DNA of 64,000 nt, from positions 295,891 to 359,890 of IMG/VR virus record IMGVR_UViG_3300024331_000007, one strand, 5' to 3'. Positions 21,140-30,374 of this stretch are shown here, in pieces; position 1 is the stretch's first letter; every line of letters begins with the position of its first letter. The notes under the pieces are model-generated. The model had not been told where the DNA came from, searched no databases, and saw only the letters and a list, made by a program, of their open reading frames with translations. The DNA is from a virus. Its lineage: Duplodnaviria; Caudoviricetes. Both the position numbers and the translations under genes were made by a program.

Positions 21140-21848
21140 ACAATTTCGCTGATTGGGGTTTTATGATTTGCGGTCAGATTTACAAAATTACAAATAAAAT
21201 CAATGGCAAAATCTATATCGGTCAAACGATTAGCAAAAATCCATTAACGAGATGGAAAGACCATCTTTCTGTAGCCAACCATCCTCTATATAAAGCAATG
21301 GTTTTAGAAGGTACTCATAATTTTTGTTTTTCGGTAATGGAAACTGGTATCAGTTCATCCTTAACTCTGAACGCCCTAGAAAAAAATTACATCTGCAACA
21401 ATAAATCATTTGATCCAAAATTTGGTTACAATACATCAAAGGGAACCGTTGGCGTAACCGATAGACAGATAAATGGTCAGATATATTGTATCCTAAATTT
21501 AAGGAACAACAAGATATATATCGGGCAAACATCATATCCAAACTACAGAAGATGGAATGAACATCGTAAATATGCAAGTCACCCTTTGTATAGGGCAATG
21601 ATACAAGAAGGCATAGACAATTTTTCTTTCGCCATCATTCACAATAACATTCGAACCAGAACATTATTGAATAAATTGGAGACTCAGCTTATATTTTCGA
21701 GTCAATCATTTTTAAAAAATGTTGGCTATAATCAAGATTTTGGTAAATCAAGTTATCTGGTTAAAACATATCACAGACAAGGTTTCAAAGCACAATAATG
21801 ATTGTATATTTACAAATTCGTCAAAAATTTGCACAATCTCGCTGATTG
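21139..21848 (+). repeat. 17-bp direct repeat flanking the double GIY-YIG gene
   Basis: CACAATTTCGCTGATTG (21139-21155) and CACAATCTCGCTGATTG (21832-21848), 16/17 identical. Confidence 0.8.
21163..21798 (+). CDS. Tandem double GIY-YIG endonuclease
   Basis: IYKITNKINGKIYIGQT...RW..H...LE...YN occurs twice (second copy IYCILNLRNNKIYIGQT...RWNEH...LE...YN). Confidence 0.85.
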   Translation: MICGQIYKITNKINGKIYIGQTISKNPLTRWKDHLSVANHPLYKAMVLEGTHNFCFSVMETGISSSLTLNALEKNYICNNKSFDPKFGYNTSKGTVGVTDRQINGQIYCILNLRNNKIYIGQTSYPNYRRWNEHRKYASHPLYRAMIQEGIDNFSFAIIHNNIRTRTLLNKLETQLIFSSQSFLKNVGYNQDFGKSSYLVKTYHRQGFKAQ

Positions 21849-21886
21849 AGAACAATTAGGTAATTAAACCTACCGAGGGACTTATC

Positions 21887-22027
21887 ATGAGTGAAGGTAA
21901 ACTAATAGAAACGAGAGGTATAACAACCAATCCTCACATAGTTATCATCGTATCCGAAGACTACCTTGATAATTGCGTTGGCACGAATCAAAAAATGTCA
22001 AACAGGTTGAGCACTCAGCCGTCATAG
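21887..22027 (+). CDS. Possible 46-aa hypothetical protein
   Basis: GAGGGA RBS-like sequence before the ATG; no recognisable motif. Confidence 0.25.
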   Translation: MSEGKLIETRGITTNPHIVIIVSEDYLDNCVGTNQKMSNRLSTQPS

Positions 22028-22029
22028 TA

Positions 22030-22630
22030 CAACACAACCGCTATGATTTCATTGAATCCCCACGAACCCAAAAAGTGGTAGTGGATCAGGAGGGAATGGA
22101 AGGTTTGGAACTTCGAAGATAATCATACGCATTATCTTTTTACCCAACTTTGACGCCTGCGGCGTTTCTGTCTTTAAAAACAGACCAAAATACTCCCTAG
22201 AAAGGAAAAAACAAGAAAATGCGACGACGAGAAATTGTGGGTTGAGCAAAGCGAAACACACAATTTTGAGGAGACGCGGGTCGCAACGAGACGCGAAGCG
22301 GATCGGCGGGACCACTCACAAAGTCCCTTCTGCAATGCACTAATCAATTACAATTAAAAGCTATTATCCTTAAAATCAAGGACGGCCCGAGGTGTGTGAA
22401 CCAAGCGAAAATTGCTCCTTTGGAGCAAGACCGGGTTGTGCTTCGCACAACGCCAACCGCTTCGCGGCTGGCCTTACGTGTAAAGAGGTCTTTCGTTCGT
22501 CTGCGCTCGCTCGCGCTCCTTCGTCGCGGCTCCTCGCTTGACTCACTCAATACCATGTCGCTTCGCTCTTTTTCTTTTGAGGAACCAGAGGTTTGTTGTT
22601 TTGTTCTTTAGAAGGTGTTCCGCTTTTCTG
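22030..22630. other. Hairpin-rich non-coding region, candidate replication origin or structured element
   Basis: No convincing ORF; multiple short inverted repeats with 3-nt loops and GCGAAGC/GCTTCGC motifs; locally GC-rich. Confidence 0.5.
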
Positions 22631-22651
22631 ACTAAATACGCCAGAGGTATT

Positions 22652-23104
22652 ATGTCAGAAACAGGTCATTGGGTTTTTCCGAAAGAATTTGATCCAGAGC
22701 AATTCATAGGTTTTGTATATCGGATAACTCATATTCCGACAGGCAGATCATATTTGGGGAAGAAATTTTTTCACTCGACTATTCGCAAGATAGTCAAAAA
22801 CCGAAAAAACAGAAAGAAGGTAATAAAAGAATCGAATTGGAAAAAATATACTGGCAGCAGCAATTGGCTAAACTCAGAAATTGCACTGTATGGAAAAGAC
22901 CAATTCGCCTTTGAAATTTTAAGTCTCCACGAATCTCGTGGAACCTTAGCATATGCTGAAGTTGAGATTTTGGTTACGAAAAATGTATTGAGGGCTAAAC
23001 TTTTGGATGGGTCTAAAGCCTACTACAATGGATTAATTCCTCCCATCAAGTTCACACCGGGAGATGAAACTGAGATAGAAAAGCAGTACAAAATTCAAAC
23101 ATGA
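22652..23104 (+). CDS. GIY-YIG-like protein of a type conserved in T4-like phages
   Basis: GFVYRITH...YLGKKFF...ESNWKKYTGSS; start placed after TAAATA (22633-22638) and a GAGG RBS. Confidence 0.7.
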   Translation: MSETGHWVFPKEFDPEQFIGFVYRITHIPTGRSYLGKKFFHSTIRKIVKNRKNRKKVIKESNWKKYTGSSNWLNSEIALYGKDQFAFEILSLHESRGTLAYAEVEILVTKNVLRAKLLDGSKAYYNGLIPPIKFTPGDETEIEKQYKIQT

Positions 23105-23126
23105 TGTAAATTATGGAGGTGCCACA

Positions 23127-23729
23127 TTGTCCGACCAAAATATTTCCAGCGACCAGTTGCACCAAAATTACATTAAACTTGCTAAGATTTTACATCCTGA
23201 TCTTAATCCTGATGATCCAGATGCTGACAAAAAGTTCCAAGATTTGCAGGAACAATACGAAAAAGCACAAAAACTTCTCGGAAATAAAGCCCAGTATCAA
23301 GCATCTGTGTCCATTCCTCTTTCGGAAGCGATTTCAGGTACTGAGAGATTCTTTGTTTCTGATGATGGAAAACGATTTTTGCTGACAATTCCTGCTGGTG
23401 TAAAAAACAAGCAGACAATTTTATATAGAGGCATTCAAGTCAATTCGGATAATGATGCTGTTTTACATATTCGTGTTCATATCGATGCCCCAACCAAATT
23501 TAAAATTATTGGTGATCATCTCATACTTAATGAGCACATCCCTTTCTGGAAATTAATTTTTGGTGGAAGGCATGAGATTACTGGACCAGATGGCAAAATA
23601 ATTCCAGTGACAATTCCTCGTAAAACAAAGAATGGAAAGATGTTTAAGGTTCAGAATGCTGGTCTTTGGAATCGAGCCGATAAGAAGAGGGACCCTCTTT
23701 ATATTCAATTTTTTGGTTCTGCTATTTGA
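23127..23729 (+). CDS. dnaJ: DnaJ/CbpA-like co-chaperone (J domain plus C-terminal domain, no zinc finger)
   Basis: LAKILHPDLNP HPD motif; C-terminal IP...GKMFKV...GL...RDPLYI; TTG start with GGAGG RBS. Confidence 0.85.
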   Translation: MSDQNISSDQLHQNYIKLAKILHPDLNPDDPDADKKFQDLQEQYEKAQKLLGNKAQYQASVSIPLSEAISGTERFFVSDDGKRFLLTIPAGVKNKQTILYRGIQVNSDNDAVLHIRVHIDAPTKFKIIGDHLILNEHIPFWKLIFGGRHEITGPDGKIIPVTIPRKTKNGKMFKVQNAGLWNRADKKRDPLYIQFFGSAI

Positions 23730-23754
23730 CACCGTATTCATATTCTGCTATTCT
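23726..23754 (+). promoter_or_regulatory. sigma70-like promoter
   Basis: TTGACA-N17-TATTCT upstream of the Clp ATPase. Confidence 0.6.
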
Positions 23755-23774
23755 CATTTTGAGGGTCACACATA

Positions 23775-26084
23775 ATGTCTAATTTCAAGACCAGTTCCAG
23801 AATCATTGAGCACGTAGTTGAAATGAGTCTAGCTGTTGCATTCAGTTTTGAGCACACAACCGTAACAACTGAACATGTACTTCTCGGAATCATGCAAAAT
23901 TCAATTTTGCGGCGATTTATGGCTGCGAGTAATGTTCAGGTCAATGAACTACTTACCGATGTAATTGATTATGTTGATCAAAATTCTCATCTCCTGAAAA
24001 ATCCAACTCAACAACTCGGCGGAGAGGGATATCTCACAGGACAACTCACGTCTGAACTGATTGTTCTGTTTAAAAATCTTGAGAATTACGCAAAGTCTGA
24101 GAATCGAGAAGTTGATCTTTCGGATGTTTTGCTTGGGCTTTTGAATCTGCGGGAAACATACACAAGCTACTTCATGACGAAGTATGGAATCACTGAAGAC
24201 ATTATTTTGCAGTTAAGAAAGGGATTATCGATGGCGTCTCAATCGCTGTCCGCTGTCAATGACATTAAATCATCACAAGGTAGAGGGCCAAAGCAGAGTG
24301 CATTGGAAACTCATTGTGAAAATGTAAATGAAAAGGTCAAGAACGGTCTTTCCGATCCTCTAGTCGGACGTTCAAATGAAATTCTCACAATTGCACATAC
24401 GTTTTGTAAGCGCAAGAAATGCAATGTAATTCTTGTCGGCGATCCGGGTGTAGGTAAGAGCATGATTATAGAGGGTCTTGCCCAAAGAATCAATTCTGGA
24501 GATGTTCCTGAACCTCTTAAGAATAAGATTATCTATAGTTTAGATGTTGGACAGCTTGTTGCTGGCGCAAAATATCGCGGGGATTACGAAGATAAGATCA
24601 CTGACATTCTTGAAGAATTGTCATCTCGTAAGGATGCAATTTTATTCATCGATGAAGCCCAGACAATGGATGCTGGTGATGGAAAAGGGCAAATGGGACT
24701 CGGCCTATCTTCAATGATTAAGCCTTATTTGAGTAGAGGAGCGGTGAAAGTTGCCGCAGCGACTACATGGGAAGGTTTCCGTCAAACATTCGAAAAAGAT
24801 ACAGCATTGATGCGTCGATTCCGCGTGGTAGGAGTGAGTGAACCATCTAAGGTTGAGACTGTTGAGATTTTGAAGGGTGTTCGATCCTCAATGGAATCTT
24901 TTCACACAGCGACTATTACAGATTCAGGCATTGAAGCTGCTGTTGAATTGACTGGAAAATATCAACCAGAAAAACGTTTTCCAGATAAAGCAATCGATAT
25001 TATCGATAGCGCCTGCGCACGGATCAAAGTTGCTGTTGATGGTTCAAATGTAATTGATAGAGCAAGTATTATTCGTGAAATTACAGACATGACTGGAATT
25101 TTGATTAAAACAGAAACAACAGATGAGGGTGCGGCGAAGCGTGTTCTTGAATTAGCTTCCAGATTGAAGACTGTTGTTATTCATCAAGATAAGGCCATCG
25201 ACACTGTTGCGAAAAGCATTATCGTAAGTCAGGCTGGCCTTAAGGAAGATAAAAAGCCAATTGGATCATTCTTGTTTGTCGGACCAAGCGGAGTTGGAAA
25301 AACATTCCTTGCTCAAGAACTTGCCGCAGATTTGAACATGACATTCATTCGCTTTAATATGAGCGAGTTTATGGAAAAGCATGCTGTTGCAAAGTTGATT
25401 GGCGCACCACCGGGATATGTCGGATTTGGTGACGGAAAATCCGGGGAAGGTTTGCTTATCAATGAACTTACACGCAAGCCAAACAGTGTGGTTCTGTTTG
25501 ACGAAGTCGAAAAGGCTCACCCTGATATTTTCAATATATTCCTCCAACTGTTTGATGACGGTGAGGTTTCGGGTAGCGGAAAGACAGCAGATGCCAAAAA
25601 CTGCATCTTAATCATGTCAAGTAACCTTGGTTCTAAGGAATTGAAGAAAAAGTTGTCGGGTTTTAGAACTGAAAAAACTGGTAAGAGCGAGACTTCTAAG
25701 GCCGTTGATAACTTCTTCCTCACAGAACTTCGTGGAAGACTGACGGCAACTGTTGAATTTGATGAACTTGATGATTTGAGCTATCGTCGAATCATTGTGG
25801 ACCGAATTAACGATATTACGAAGATGCTTAATAATCGTGATGTTCGTGTTGTTGCCACAGAAACATTAGTATCACATATTCTGGAACTAAATAAGGATAG
25901 TGGTTATGGCGCACGAAACATTGCTGGTATCGTCAAGGACATTATTAACTATCCTCTCAGCGTAAAATTGCTGAGTTGCGAAATTAACAATGGCAGCAAT
26001 GTATCGTTGGATTGGGTCAATGAAGAACTAATAATTGACCAAAAATTGATTAAGGTTCCTGTAGAGGCACCTATCGAAAAGTGA
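23775..26084 (+). CDS. clpA: ClpA-type Hsp100 AAA+ ATPase
   Basis: Clp N-domain (EHVLLG), Walker A GDPGVGKS and GPSGVGKT, FIDE, PDKAID, GAPPGYVG, FDEVEKAHPD; no ClpB middle domain evident. Confidence 0.9.
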   Translation: MSNFKTSSRIIEHVVEMSLAVAFSFEHTTVTTEHVLLGIMQNSILRRFMAASNVQVNELLTDVIDYVDQNSHLLKNPTQQLGGEGYLTGQLTSELIVLFKNLENYAKSENREVDLSDVLLGLLNLRETYTSYFMTKYGITEDIILQLRKGLSMASQSLSAVNDIKSSQGRGPKQSALETHCENVNEKVKNGLSDPLVGRSNEILTIAHTFCKRKKCNVILVGDPGVGKSMIIEGLAQRINSGDVPEPLKNKIIYSLDVGQLVAGAKYRGDYEDKITDILEELSSRKDAILFIDEAQTMDAGDGKGQMGLGLSSMIKPYLSRGAVKVAAATTWEGFRQTFEKDTALMRRFRVVGVSEPSKVETVEILKGVRSSMESFHTATITDSGIEAAVELTGKYQPEKRFPDKAIDIIDSACARIKVAVDGSNVIDRASIIREITDMTGILIKTETTDEGAAKRVLELASRLKTVVIHQDKAIDTVAKSIIVSQAGLKEDKKPIGSFLFVGPSGVGKTFLAQELAADLNMTFIRFNMSEFMEKHAVAKLIGAPPGYVGFGDGKSGEGLLINELTRKPNSVVLFDEVEKAHPDIFNIFLQLFDDGEVSGSGKTADAKNCILIMSSNLGSKELKKKLSGFRTEKTGKSETSKAVDNFFLTELRGRLTATVEFDELDDLSYRRIIVDRINDITKMLNNRDVRVVATETLVSHILELNKDSGYGARNIAGIVKDIINYPLSVKLLSCEINNGSNVSLDWVNEELIIDQKLIKVPVEAPIEK

Positions 26085-26090
26085 GGAAGT

Positions 26091-26261
26091 ATGGCAAGGA
26101 TTGTAGAAGAAAAAATTACAGTTGTGTTGAGCAGAATTACTTCAAACAAACATGATGATCTTGGTCCTGTCTTGGACGAGGATCAACTTGAAACATTGAA
26201 ACAGGCTTTTGAAGGACTGATTGACGATTCATCTGTTGTAGTTGAAATAGAGAAAATGTAA
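26091..26261 (+). CDS. Small acidic hypothetical protein (56 aa, not in the ORF track)
   Basis: MARIVEEKITVVLSRI...VVVEIEKM; GAGG RBS; fills the gap exactly. Confidence 0.65.
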   Translation: MARIVEEKITVVLSRITSNKHDDLGPVLDEDQLETLKQAFEGLIDDSSVVVEIEKM

Positions 26262-26262
26262 G

Positions 26263-26703
26263 ATGAAGAACAAAACAGATTGGGGTGAGGTATTGGTGTC
26301 TGGATTTGGATATGATTCTGGATTACAGAACGCCAATGCTCACCAAACATCTTATATTAGTCCACCTTGCAAAGGTGACGGTCTAGTTCATCGAGCAAGT
26401 GGTCAGCATACGATTCAAATTCATACAATTAATTTCAGTGGAAACATTGCAATCTGGGCTACGATGGACAAGGACCCTAATAGTGGTGCGTATCTTCCTG
26501 TTCAATTAACGGACACACAAACAGGAAATGTTTCAACCAGTCTGTCATATGTATATCCTGTTAATGGAACTGGAACACAAGGCTCAGGAAAAACAGTGCA
26601 GATCAATAAATTTTATACAGCAATCGGTCAATATGCATGGCTTTATGCAAATATCAGCGGCGTGAAGGGCGGTTTTGTAGACTCCATCAAGATTGCATTC
26701 TAA
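26263..26703 (+). CDS. Hypothetical protein, probably a beta-sandwich virion protein
   Basis: KGDG...GQHTIQI...FSGNIAIWATM...W...N composition. Confidence 0.5.
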   Translation: MKNKTDWGEVLVSGFGYDSGLQNANAHQTSYISPPCKGDGLVHRASGQHTIQIHTINFSGNIAIWATMDKDPNSGAYLPVQLTDTQTGNVSTSLSYVYPVNGTGTQGSGKTVQINKFYTAIGQYAWLYANISGVKGGFVDSIKIAF

Positions 26704-26837
26704 TGATTCGAAGATTTCTAATACGAATGATTCGAAAAGACCAAAGCATTTGCCCAATCCACAAAATGAAAATGCAAGCAAACTACCGCGAAGGAACCAA
26801 TGTAATTTATTGGGTATGCCCGATATGTCATGGTTGA
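26703..26837 (+). CDS. Small zinc-ribbon-like protein
   Basis: MIRRFLIRM...CPIH...WVCPICHG; TAATG stop/start overlap with the upstream gene. Confidence 0.45.
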   Translation: MIRRFLIRMIRKDQSICPIHKMKMQANYREGTNVIYWVCPICHG

Positions 26838-27007
26838 TTAAAGAGATTCGAAAACTAAATTACATTTGTAATCGTTGCAAGAAAAAAGGCATCCATCGCG
26901 GAAACAACTTTTATGATTGGTGGTGGTGCGAAAACTGCAAACTACATCTTACAAAAGTTGAAAGGAATGAAACTCCGTTTCCGGGTATTCCCAACTTTCC
27001 TGATTAA
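26825..27007 (+). CDS. Small zinc-ribbon-like protein
   Basis: MSWLIKEIRK...CNRC...WWWCENC. Confidence 0.45.
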   Translation: MSWLIKEIRKLNYICNRCKKKGIHRGNNFYDWWWCENCKLHLTKVERNETPFPGIPNFPD

Positions 27008-27082
27008 ACTTATTGCTTGACATTCATTGATCATTCTGTTCCAATAAGACATATCTATACCTGTTACAAGGAATATCTATAA

Positions 27083-28093
27083 ATGAACATTACACAAGAG
27101 CAAGTAGAATTTCTAAGGAAGCAACATATTCAGTTTGGTCTTCCCTGTTATGGCGGCATGATGTATGAAAGTGTAGCCACGAGCCTCATCAAATTTGCAC
27201 TTTACTCTCAACGTATCGGCATGAACTTCAGCCTTGATACGATGATTAACGAGTCTCTCGTACAACGAGCCAGAAACCATCTAGTTGCTAAGTTTCTCGA
27301 AAGTTCTGTTGCAACACATTTGATGTTCATTGACAGTGACATTGGCTTTGAACCAGAACACATTTTTAAGCTGTTGCTTCACGATAAGGACATTATCGGT
27401 GGACTGTATCCAAAGAAAACTCTGCCACCAGACTACGTTGTTAACGTTAGTCCAGAGGCAGTAGACGAAAAGGGACAGATAAAGATTGTCGATGGATTGA
27501 TTCCTGTAAGCCGTTTGGGAACAGGGTTCATGCTTATTAAGCGTGAAGTTTTTGAGAAGCACATGGCCGCTTATCCGAATTGCAAGTTCACAAACAACAT
27601 CGGCCTTGATCCAAAGTTCAATCCTTTCTGTTACACATTCTTTGATTGTTGGATTAGTCAGGATGAGAACCGTGAATACCTATCGGAAGATTGGGGATTC
27701 ATTGTCAAGAGTCGCGTTATTGGTATTCAGGCTTATGCTGACCCAACAATTCGCCTTAACCACAGCGGAACATTCTTATTTCCGGGTGATCCAACAAACC
27801 TATATAACAGCATGGGATTGAAACCTGAAAATAATCCTCAGCTTACACCAAGAATTGCAATGCGCAAGGATGAGATTGCAGACGACAGCGCACGTTTGGT
27901 AGTTCAGCCTGATGCAGCAGCATTAGCACAATACATAATGAAGAAAGAACAGGAAAAAGCAGAACAAGCTGTTCTGGAAGCAAAGGCAAAGGCAGAGGCA
28001 GCAGAAAAAGCTCTGGCAGACGCACAAGCCAAGGCCGCACCAGCAATGCAAAAACCAATTATTCAGGGAACTCGAAAGAAAAAGTCTAATTAG
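27083..28093 (+). CDS. GT-A-fold glycosyltransferase-like protein with an A/K/E-rich C-terminal tail
   Basis: PCYGG...ESLVQRARN...LMFIDSDIGF (DxD)...GTGFMLIKR...LSEDWGF. Confidence 0.7.
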   Translation: MNITQEQVEFLRKQHIQFGLPCYGGMMYESVATSLIKFALYSQRIGMNFSLDTMINESLVQRARNHLVAKFLESSVATHLMFIDSDIGFEPEHIFKLLLHDKDIIGGLYPKKTLPPDYVVNVSPEAVDEKGQIKIVDGLIPVSRLGTGFMLIKREVFEKHMAAYPNCKFTNNIGLDPKFNPFCYTFFDCWISQDENREYLSEDWGFIVKSRVIGIQAYADPTIRLNHSGTFLFPGDPTNLYNSMGLKPENNPQLTPRIAMRKDEIADDSARLVVQPDAAALAQYIMKKEQEKAEQAVLEAKAKAEAAEKALADAQAKAAPAMQKPIIQGTRKKKSN

Positions 28094-28102
28094 AGGAAAT
28101 AG

Positions 28103-28126
28103 AAAGCCTGATTCGTCAGGCTTTTT
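28103..28126. terminator. Intrinsic terminator between convergent genes
   Basis: AAAGCCTGA-TTCG-TCAGGCTTTTT. Confidence 0.85.
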
Positions 28127-28731
28127 CAATCTCTACCTAATATTCTCTTTGGAAGCATTCCATTTATCCAATTATCGCCTATTGGTTTTTCTTTAGTTGA
28201 AAGTTGGATTGATCCATTATTATACCATTTACATCCTTTTGTGGATGGTTTTTGGTTTAACCTCCCTCGTCTCCATCCTATAGGACAGGTTGGTAAAAAT
28301 TTAGTGTCGGTTCCGTTGTTGTACCACTTTCTTATTGAATTTGTTCTTGATCTTCTCTTCTTAGAATTTTCTCTTACAATCCCAGAATGCTTTTTACCAA
28401 ACATCGGATTTCCAGAACCAGAATTACTTTCTCCGCCATTTGTTCTATTATGTAAACAACCGGATTTCAGATCATACCTACCATATAGGTAAATTAGTAG
28501 CATTTCAAGTTGTAAAGCCTCTACTTCTAGCATTTTGTCTTGAATTATGATTATGTTAGATTTGTCGGCTGGAACCGCTATTTTATGATATTTGCTATAC
28601 GCCCGATCACGAACTCCTTTACCAATATAGTATGGAGTTCCAATCAGTCCATTTTTTGAATTTTTGGACCTTATATATTTATATACATAGAATTTGGGTT
28701 CTTGTGAAAAGGATGATACACTAAATATCAT
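28126..28731 (-). CDS. GIY-YIG-like homing endonuclease, paralogue of 1913..2599
   Basis: FYVYKYIRS...GTPYYIGKG...NRTNGGES, NPMFGKKHS and WYNNG repeats; start reassigned to the ATG at 28731 using the shared leader. Confidence 0.85.
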   Translation of the reverse strand: MIFSVSSFSQEPKFYVYKYIRSKNSKNGLIGTPYYIGKGVRDRAYSKYHKIAVPADKSNIIIIQDKMLEVEALQLEMLLIYLYGRYDLKSGCLHNRTNGGESNSGSGNPMFGKKHSGIVRENSKKRRSRTNSIRKWYNNGTDTKFLPTCPIGWRRGRLNQKPSTKGCKWYNNGSIQLSTKEKPIGDNWINGMLPKRILGRD

Positions 28732-28794
28732 AGCTGTTGCTCCAAGAAGCGATAGGGTTGGTGGGATCGTCAAATCCGCGACCAACAGTATTTA
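28732..28794 (-). promoter_or_regulatory. Late promoter plus nested-hairpin leader, copy 2
   Basis: Minus strand reads TAAATA-ct-GTTGGT-CGC-GGAT-TTGACG-ATCC-C-ACCAAC-CCTA-N9-GGAG-caa-CAGCT-ATG. Confidence 0.8.
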
Positions 28795-28811
28795 GCCTGA
28801 AAGGACTAAGA

Positions 28812-29345
28812 ATGAAGATTTCTGAAGTTGAAAAAAATATCAGTACAGCCTTTGTTGATTTAGATGGCGTTATTGCGTGGCTAGATAAAGGAGTCGCGGA
28901 TTACAATAATATCTCTTTGGTAGAGCAGGAAGCCGCAGGATGGGATAACGAATATTGGCACAATGTTTTAGATACAGCTAATATTGAGCAGTTTTTCGCC
29001 AACCTTGAATGGATGCCCAATGGAAAGAATCTAGTCGGATGGTTTCAACAGAGACATTTACCAATGAAGTTTCTTACAAGACCAGTCAAAGAGCCAAACG
29101 AGGCTGCTTGCATCGCTGGTAAGAAAAAATGGCTTCGCAGCAAAGGTATAGGAAACATTCCAGTAATTTTCGAAAGGGATAAAGAAAAATATGCCGTAAA
29201 TTCAGATGGAACCGTAAACATTTTGATAGATGACCACAGCGGCAACGTTCAAAAATTTAGTGATGCTGGGGGCGTGGGGATTCATTATAGAGATTTTTGG
29301 TTTCCAGATGTGATAGCAAAACTTGAAAATCTCTATAATCTATAA
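28812..29345 (+). CDS. HAD-family 5'(3')-deoxyribonucleotidase (NT5C-like)
   Basis: FVDLDGVIA, FLTRP, GKKKWL and ILIDD motifs. Confidence 0.85.
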   Translation: MKISEVEKNISTAFVDLDGVIAWLDKGVADYNNISLVEQEAAGWDNEYWHNVLDTANIEQFFANLEWMPNGKNLVGWFQQRHLPMKFLTRPVKEPNEAACIAGKKKWLRSKGIGNIPVIFERDKEKYAVNSDGTVNILIDDHSGNVQKFSDAGGVGIHYRDFWFPDVIAKLENLYNL

Positions 29346-29348
29346 ATA
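29341..29348 (+). promoter_or_regulatory. T4-type late promoter TATAAATA (exact match)
   Basis: Exact consensus 5 bases before the ATG at 29354. Confidence 0.75.
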
Positions 29349-29353
29349 TCTTC

Positions 29354-30364
29354 ATGAAGATTAGGGAAGTAATTGAAAGTTCCACAATGACTCTCTGGAA
29401 CGGAGGGCGTGGATTACAATTCAACCATATGGAAATGCTTCCAGCTAAGCACGGAAGATGGGAATATGGACCGGGACTTTATCTTACAACTCACTATGAT
29501 ACCGCACGTTCATACGCAAAAGGCGGAGGATCAGTCTACAAAGTTATAGTTGAAATAGGAACAGAACTCAGTGAAGTTGATGTTCCTTTGGAAGATGCAA
29601 TAGACTTTGTAAAGAGATACGCAATCGGTAAACATCGCAAAGACCTAATCACAGACCTCCAAAATAATCTTAATAGAACTGGCGTTCTAAAGCTTGCAGT
29701 TCTCATAAATCTGTGCGTAAACTATGAATGCCTAACGCCAAAGAATACTGTTGCTCTACGCAAATTTGTAGTCGAACACGGTGCTGATTATGAGATTTCC
29801 AAAGGTTTCAATGGTCGTTCAGAGACAATTGTGATCGTATTTAATCCTACTGTAATCAAGGGCGTTACGCCTGTCAAGGCGGCTGATGTTAAATCTGACG
29901 AATATGAGCAGACAATCAACGAAGTGACCATTGATAACAAAAAAGGCGCCGGTGCCACCCCAAACAATGAAGAAATTGACTACTTTGGTTTCAGAATCCT
30001 TATGAAGCCATCCACTTTCCTTAAATTGGCTGCAACAATGGACAGTGAACAGGTTGATCGTCTTGTGAACTATGTAAAAGACGGCGGTGCGATTGCTTCG
30101 CCATTTTTGAGAGTCAGTATTCCCGATGGATGGGAAAAAGGGGAGTATTCTGATCCAGCTACTATCTATTCCCATGAAGGACGCCATCGTATGATTGCCG
30201 TCCAGAAAGTAGATGGCGATATTCCCATTGAAGTACATATGATTTTTGCTGGCGGTTTACGAGCCAGAAACATCAAGCCTGAATGGTTTCAGTTGATGAA
30301 TAATGAAATGGTTAGTGAGGAAGGCAGGTTGATAACTGGTCCGTTCTTTCAACTCAAAAAGTAA
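29354..30364 (+). CDS. Two-domain protein: ADP-ribosyltransferase-like N-terminus and ParB/Srx-like C-terminus
   Basis: LWNGG...YGPGLYLT...A.SYA (ART-like) and HEGRHRM (ParB-like), separated by TINE|V; leader MKIREVIE|S. Confidence 0.55.
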   Translation: MKIREVIESSTMTLWNGGRGLQFNHMEMLPAKHGRWEYGPGLYLTTHYDTARSYAKGGGSVYKVIVEIGTELSEVDVPLEDAIDFVKRYAIGKHRKDLITDLQNNLNRTGVLKLAVLINLCVNYECLTPKNTVALRKFVVEHGADYEISKGFNGRSETIVIVFNPTVIKGVTPVKAADVKSDEYEQTINEVTIDNKKGAGATPNNEEIDYFGFRILMKPSTFLKLAATMDSEQVDRLVNYVKDGGAIASPFLRVSIPDGWEKGEYSDPATIYSHEGRHRMIAVQKVDGDIPIEVHMIFAGGLRARNIKPEWFQLMNNEMVSEEGRLITGPFFQLKK

Positions 30365-30374
30365 ACCACCGGGA

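Noticed and set aside
21830-22630. Possible CRISPR mini-array or tRNA in the hairpin-rich region
   Set aside because: No regularly spaced identical repeats and no cloverleaf with T-loop/anticodon consensus could be found.
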